Source of the DNA: an uncultured Gemmatimonadaceae bacterium
Lineage (GTDB): Bacteria > Gemmatimonadota > Gemmatimonadetes > Gemmatimonadales > Gemmatimonadaceae
NCBI GenBank assembly: GCA_963761305.1
Contig: CAVXGK010000002.1
Span: 1,792,001 to 1,856,000 of the forward strand
DNA length: 64,000 nucleotides
Reading direction: 5' to 3'
Shown here one piece after another: positions 59,478 through 64,000 of this stretch. Positions within the stretch are counted from its first letter, which is position 1. Every line of letters starts with the position of its first letter. Under the pieces are notes generated by a model. The model saw only the letters and a program-made list of their open reading frames with translations. It had not been told where the DNA came from and did not search any database. The position numbers and the translations under genes were made by a program.

Positions 59478-61640
59478 ATGATCGACACGTCCACGGTCCG
59501 GTCTGTCGCAAGGATCGGGCTCGCCGTTCTGCTCGGCGTTACCGCAACACGGGCCGCCCAGGCTCAGGATCGCCTGAAGACGATGCCCGGCTACGAGCAG
59601 TATCAGCGAATGGCGCCGCAGATCGCGCAGGTCGCGGCCACCGTGAGCAGCCGCTCGTTCGGGGGGGGCCAGTTCGGTCCGCCGATCGCGTGGACGCCGG
59701 ACGGCAAGTATGTGGTCTTTCAGAGCGGCGGTCAGACGCACACGTACGACGTGGCGGCGCACAAGGTGATCGATCAGCCGCCGTCGGCTGCGGCGCAGCC
59801 GGCGGGTCGCGGCGGCCGCGCGGGCGGCGGTCAGCCCGAGCGCGGACGACAGTTCAGCGCGGCCGTCGCACCGGCGGGGAACCATCGGGCGATCTACAAG
59901 GATCGCAACGTCTGGATCGGCGACTCGACGGGCGCCAACGCGGTCGCCATCACCACCGACGGAAGCGACAAAACGCGAGTGAAGTACGGCACGGCGAGCT
60001 GGGTATACGGCGAGGAGCTGGGCCAGCGCACGGCGATGTGGTGGTCGCCCGACGGCAAGAGGCTCGCGTTCTACCGGTTTGATGAGAGCAGGGTCCCGGA
60101 CTTTTATCTCGCCACGAACCTGACCAAGGTGCAGGACACGCTCGACGTCGAGGCGTACCCCAAGCCGGGCGTTCCCAATCCGGTCGTCGACCTCCTGGTC
60201 TACGACGTGGACACGAAGACGACGAGCAAGATCAACGTCCGCGACGGAAAGGATTTCGCCAACGACGTGTTGGGCTACTACGTCTTTCGCGTCGAGTGGT
60301 CGCCGAAGGGCGACGAGCTGACGTTTCTGCGCACGAACCGCCGCCAGAACGTGCTCGAGATGGTCGCCTGCACGTCGGGCGCGCCGACCTGCCGCGTGGT
60401 CATCCACGAAGAGTGGCCCACGGGCTGGATCGACGACGATCCGGCGCCGCAGGTACAGTGGCTGGCGGACGGCAACCGGTTCATCTGGGAATCGGATCGC
60501 AGTGGGTTCAAGAATTACTATTTGTATGACTTCAAAGCCGGCCGCCTGATCAATCCGGTCACCAAGCTCGGGGCCGAGGTGTCGAGCATCGTGCGGGTCG
60601 ACGAGCCGTCGAACATGCTCTACTACATGGCGCGCGACGGCGACAACTATATGAAGTTCCAATTCCATCGCGTGAAGCTCGACGGCACCGGCGACGTGCG
60701 GCTCACCGATCCGCATTTCATGCACACCGTGCAGCTCTCGCCCGACGCGAAGCACTTCGTCGACGTCGCGGAGACGCACGACACGCCCGCGGTGACCCGA
60801 ATGGTCGACATGAAGGGCACGGTCGAAGGCGAAATCACCCACACCGACATCTCGAAGTTCGATCAGCTCGGGCTCAAGAAGCTCGAGATGTACACGTACA
60901 CGACGTCCGATGGCCAAGCGACGCTGCACGGATTGATCAGCTATCCGTCGAACTTCGATCCCGGCAAGAAGTATCCGGTGCTGGTGAGCGTGTACGGCGG
61001 CCCGGGCGTCGGGAACAGCACCAACGAACGCTTCGGCATGCCGAGCGCGCTCTCGGAATACGGATTCATCGTCCTTCAAGTCGAGGCGCGAACGAATCCC
61101 GGCATGGGCCGGAAGTATCTCGACGCCGTGTATCTCAAGCTCGGGCAGGTCGAGATCGACGACATGGCGGACGGCGTGCGGGCGCTGTTCACGCGGCCGT
61201 ACATCGACCGCAATCGCGTCGGCATCTTCGGCACGTCGTACGGCGGCTACACGTCGGTGATGGAGCTGCTGCGGCATCCGGACGTCTTCGCCGCGGCGTC
61301 GGCGTCGTCGCCGCCGACCGACTGGCGCAACTACGACACGATCTACACCGAGCGGTACATGTGGATTCCGCAGGAGAATGCCGACGGCTACACCAAGGGC
61401 TCGGCGATGACCTACGTGAACGATCTGCACGGCCGGTTGATGCTCTACTTCGGCACGGCGGACAACAACGTGCATCCGTCCAACATGATGCAGCTCGTAT
61501 CGGCGCTCCAGCGCGCGGGCAAGAGCTTCGACCTGCAAGCGGGGCCCGACCAGGGCCACTCGGGTCTCAATCCTCAGCGCATGCTGGAGTTCTTCATCGA
61601 GAATCTGGTCATCTCGCCGCCGGCCCCGAAGGCGCACTAA
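59478..61640 (+). CDS. Dipeptidyl peptidase IV (S9B) family, secreted
   Basis: WVYGEE, WWSPDG, YPKPG, YGGP, GTSYGG, YDTIYTERYM, DNNVH, GHS. Confidence 0.95.
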   Translation: MIDTSTVRSVARIGLAVLLGVTATRAAQAQDRLKTMPGYEQYQRMAPQIAQVAATVSSRSFGGGQFGPPIAWTPDGKYVVFQSGGQTHTYDVAAHKVIDQPPSAAAQPAGRGGRAGGGQPERGRQFSAAVAPAGNHRAIYKDRNVWIGDSTGANAVAITTDGSDKTRVKYGTASWVYGEELGQRTAMWWSPDGKRLAFYRFDESRVPDFYLATNLTKVQDTLDVEAYPKPGVPNPVVDLLVYDVDTKTTSKINVRDGKDFANDVLGYYVFRVEWSPKGDELTFLRTNRRQNVLEMVACTSGAPTCRVVIHEEWPTGWIDDDPAPQVQWLADGNRFIWESDRSGFKNYYLYDFKAGRLINPVTKLGAEVSSIVRVDEPSNMLYYMARDGDNYMKFQFHRVKLDGTGDVRLTDPHFMHTVQLSPDAKHFVDVAETHDTPAVTRMVDMKGTVEGEITHTDISKFDQLGLKKLEMYTYTTSDGQATLHGLISYPSNFDPGKKYPVLVSVYGGPGVGNSTNERFGMPSALSEYGFIVLQVEARTNPGMGRKYLDAVYLKLGQVEIDDMADGVRALFTRPYIDRNRVGIFGTSYGGYTSVMELLRHPDVFAAASASSPPTDWRNYDTIYTERYMWIPQENADGYTKGSAMTYVNDLHGRLMLYFGTADNNVHPSNMMQLVSALQRAGKSFDLQAGPDQGHSGLNPQRMLEFFIENLVISPPAPKAH

Positions 61641-61644
61641 CCAC

Positions 61645-62133
61645 ATGTTCTCGGGCGAAGAGATCGCGGCGCTGCTCGAGCGGCTCGGCGTCACGCACGT
61701 CGTGACCGTTCCGGATAGCACGATCGGGCCATGGCAAGCGGACATCGAACGCCGCGGCGCGACGCGCGTCGTGCGCGTGTGTCGAGAGGGCGAAGCGTGG
61801 CAGGTCGCCGCCGGACTGCACCTCGGCGGTGCCGTGCCGCTCGTGTTGATCCAATGCACGGGCCTCTTCGAGTCGGGCGACGCAATCCGCAACGCGCTGC
61901 ACGACTGGAAGCTTCCGATCCTCAGCATGATCGGGTATCGGAGCTATTTGAATCAGGACAACCTGCCGGGCGACACGTCGCTCGTGTTCACCGAGCCGAC
62001 GCTCGAGGCGTGGCGCATTCCGTATCGACTGATCACGCGTCCCGAGCAGATGACCGAAATCGAGGAGCACCTGCGCTCGAGTCTCAGCGCATGTGTCCCC
62101 GGCTCGATCGTGATTGCCGAGGGACGGGCATGA
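61645..62133 (+). CDS. ThDP-dependent sulfo-/phosphonopyruvate decarboxylase alpha-like subunit (ComD-like)
   Basis: VPDS, REGEA...AAG..LGG, Q.TGL, IGYR. Confidence 0.8.
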   Translation: MFSGEEIAALLERLGVTHVVTVPDSTIGPWQADIERRGATRVVRVCREGEAWQVAAGLHLGGAVPLVLIQCTGLFESGDAIRNALHDWKLPILSMIGYRSYLNQDNLPGDTSLVFTEPTLEAWRIPYRLITRPEQMTEIEEHLRSSLSACVPGSIVIAEGRA

Positions 62134-62720
62134 GCGCGCGGAGTTCAGACCGGATGCCGGCGCGCGAGGCGCTCGCCGCGATCCACGGCGCGCGGGCCGA
62201 CCGCGATGTCGTCGTCACGACGATGACGCCGGCGCGCGATTGGATGACCTTCACGCCGCACGCGCTCGACGTCGTGATGGTGCCGTCGGCGATGGGACAC
62301 GCGACGTCGATCGGACTCGGGCTGGCGCTCGCCCAACCGTCGCGACGCGTGATCGTATGCAACGGCGACGGGTCGATGCTGATGAACCTCGGTTCGCTCG
62401 TCTCCATCGCCGAGGCGAAGGCCGCCAACCTCGTCGTCGTGCTATTCGAGAACGGCGTGTACGAGGTCACGGGCGAGGAGCCGATTCCGGCCGCGGGCAA
62501 CGTCGACTTTGGAGCGATCGCGCGCGCCGCAGGATTCACGTCGACGTTCGAGTTCTCTGATCTCGCGGCGTGGGAAGCCGGCGCCGCCGGCGCAATCGCC
62601 GCGCCGGGGCCGACGTTCATCCGGCTTCACGTGTCGACGCAGCCGGGAACTCCCGCCCCCAAATCACCCGGCCCCGCATCCGAACGCGGCCGCCGACTGA
62701 TAGCGGCGCTGCGGGCCTAG
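62130..62720 (+). CDS. ThDP-dependent decarboxylase beta-like subunit (ComE-like)
   Basis: SAMG....GLGLA, GDGSMLMN, ENGVY; ATGA overlap. Confidence 0.85.
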   Translation: MSARSSDRMPAREALAAIHGARADRDVVVTTMTPARDWMTFTPHALDVVMVPSAMGHATSIGLGLALAQPSRRVIVCNGDGSMLMNLGSLVSIAEAKAANLVVVLFENGVYEVTGEEPIPAAGNVDFGAIARAAGFTSTFEFSDLAAWEAGAAGAIAAPGPTFIRLHVSTQPGTPAPKSPGPASERGRRLIAALRA

Positions 62721-62771
62721 AAGTCCGAGCTTCGCCGTTCCAAAAAAAACGTCTCCGTTTTTCTCCGTCCC

Positions 62772-62893
62772 ATCCGTTTGTGTCCGTGTACCAATCGTTG
62801 ATCTCCGAGTGGGCGCTCATGGGCCGGTGCGCCAGATGAGCCATTACGATTTTTAAACGGACACAAACGGATTTGACTGCCACAAACGGATCA
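62772..62893. repeat. Long inverted-repeat (REP/MITE-like) element between convergent genes
   Basis: Perfect 16-bp IR ATCCGTTTGTGTCCGT (62772-62787) / ACGGACACAAACGGAT (62857-62872); nested AATCGT/ACGATT and GCTCAT/ATGAGC; extra CACAAACGGAT at ~62881. Confidence 0.8.
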
Positions 62894-62913
62894 ACTGTTT
62901 GGGGTTGCGACCG

Positions 62914-64000
62914 TTATTCCTCTCGCAGCGCGGCGTTTGGATCCAGAGCCGCGGCTCGGCGTGATGGTACCCAGCAGGCAAAGGCCGCGATGGCCGCGAA
63001 GACGACGGCGATCGCGACGTAGGTGACCGGGTCGGTCGGCGTGATCGAAACCAGCATGTTCGCGCGCTGCATGACACCGGTGAGCGCGAAGGCGGCAAAC
63101 AGTCCGCCGGCGATGCCGATGCCGCTCAGCACCATGCCCTGTCCGATCATCAGCCGGAAGATGCTCTGCGCGGTCGCGCCGAACGCCATGCGCACACCGA
63201 TTTCCGCCGTGCGTTGGCGAACCGCCGTCGACAGCACACCATACAGTCCGACGCCGGCGAGCGCGGCGGCGACCATCGCGAAGACGCCGATCAGGACCAG
63301 CGAGAAACGCGTCGGCGCCATCGCGCGGTTCACATAGTCCGACATCGGCTTCAGGTCGCCGATCGGAACGAGGCGATCGACGTCGGCGACGACGTGGCGA
63401 ATCTGGGGCTCCAGGCGAGCCGGGTCACCGGTCGTGCGAACGGCCCAGCGCCCCGCAGCCCCGAATCCAGCCGTGCCGTCGACGACGAAGACGTCTTCGC
63501 GCCCGGGCTCGGCGAGCGAGAGGTGGCGTTCGTGTCCCGCGACGCCGACGACCTGATACATCTGCGGCTCGGGCGTCACGATGCGACACAAAAGTTGCTT
63601 GCCGACGACTTGCGACAGCGGCATTCCCGGGAAGGCCTTCGCGGCGAGCAGGTCGTCGATGATGATGCCGGTCGCGTTGTTGGTGTTGTCGGCGTCGGTG
63701 AACGCGTGGCCGGCGAGCATGCGCGCGTGCATCGCGGCGAAGTAGCCGGGAAGCACGAAGAACACCGTCGCCTGGCGGAAGCGCGACGCGTCTTCGGCGG
63801 CATTCGGAAGACCCCACCGCATGGTGAAATCGTTTCCGTCGAGCGGCAGCGGCGTCGCGGCCGTCACCGCGGTGACGCCCGGAATCTCCTCGAGATGTTT
63901 CTTCAGGTTGCTGGCGAACGCTTGTCGCTGCTCGGGTCTGAAAAGGCCGTTTGGCGGAGCGGTGAAGGTCAGAACGCCGCTCGGGTCGTAGCCGGCATCG
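62914..64000 (-). CDS. ABC transporter permease, ADOP/FtsX-like (5' end truncated by window edge)
   Basis: LAGVGLYGVLS..V.QRTAEIGVRMAFGA, DP.TY, AC.VPSRRAA.LDP..ALREE. Confidence 0.93.
   Translation of the reverse strand, partial: DAGYDPSGVLTFTAPPNGLFRPEQRQAFASNLKKHLEEIPGVTAVTAATPLPLDGNDFTMRWGLPNAAEDASRFRQATVFFVLPGYFAAMHARMLAGHAFTDADNTNNATGIIIDDLLAAKAFPGMPLSQVVGKQLLCRIVTPEPQMYQVVGVAGHERHLSLAEPGREDVFVVDGTAGFGAAGRWAVRTTGDPARLEPQIRHVVADVDRLVPIGDLKPMSDYVNRAMAPTRFSLVLIGVFAMVAAALAGVGLYGVLSTAVRQRTAEIGVRMAFGATAQSIFRLMIGQGMVLSGIGIAGGLFAAFALTGVMQRANMLVSITPTDPVTYVAIAVVFAAIAAFACWVPSRRAAALDPNAALREE

Overview
High-GC bacterial chromosome segment, gene-dense and mostly housekeeping. Gene content suggests Gemmatimonadota (split Fo-only atp operon, ADOP-type permease, Gly/Arg-rich secreted S9/M1/BNR proteins); this is inference. 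It contains an APC permease, guaB, two M15 peptidases, a gpmI-PTPS-mobA-dacB-moeA-methyltransferase operon, acyl-CoA dehydrogenase-etfBA-FeS oxidoreductase, an icd-like dehydrogenase, cstA/ybdD, an ABC exporter, atpZIBEFH, moxR, GNATs, a spermidine-synthase-like fusion with DDAH, DPP-IV and a comDE-like pair. I found no rRNA, tRNA, CRISPR array, transposase or integrase. Most notable signals: (1) a DnaA-box cluster at ~47.5-47.95 kb with no dnaA nearby (candidate oriC), flanked by orphan ORFs with beta-clamp-like motifs; (2) two related ~0.7-0.85 kb degenerate 21-nt-period arrays; (3) a dispersed GGTGGACC repeat family, apparently translated in-frame in two unrelated proteins; (4) an M1 aminopeptidase fused to an Omp85-like barrel; (5) a Rex-type operator over the atp promoter; (6) a promoter-leader-terminator arrangement ahead of the amino-acid permease. 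Start codons were chosen by eye, and all functional calls come from motif recognition, not database searches.
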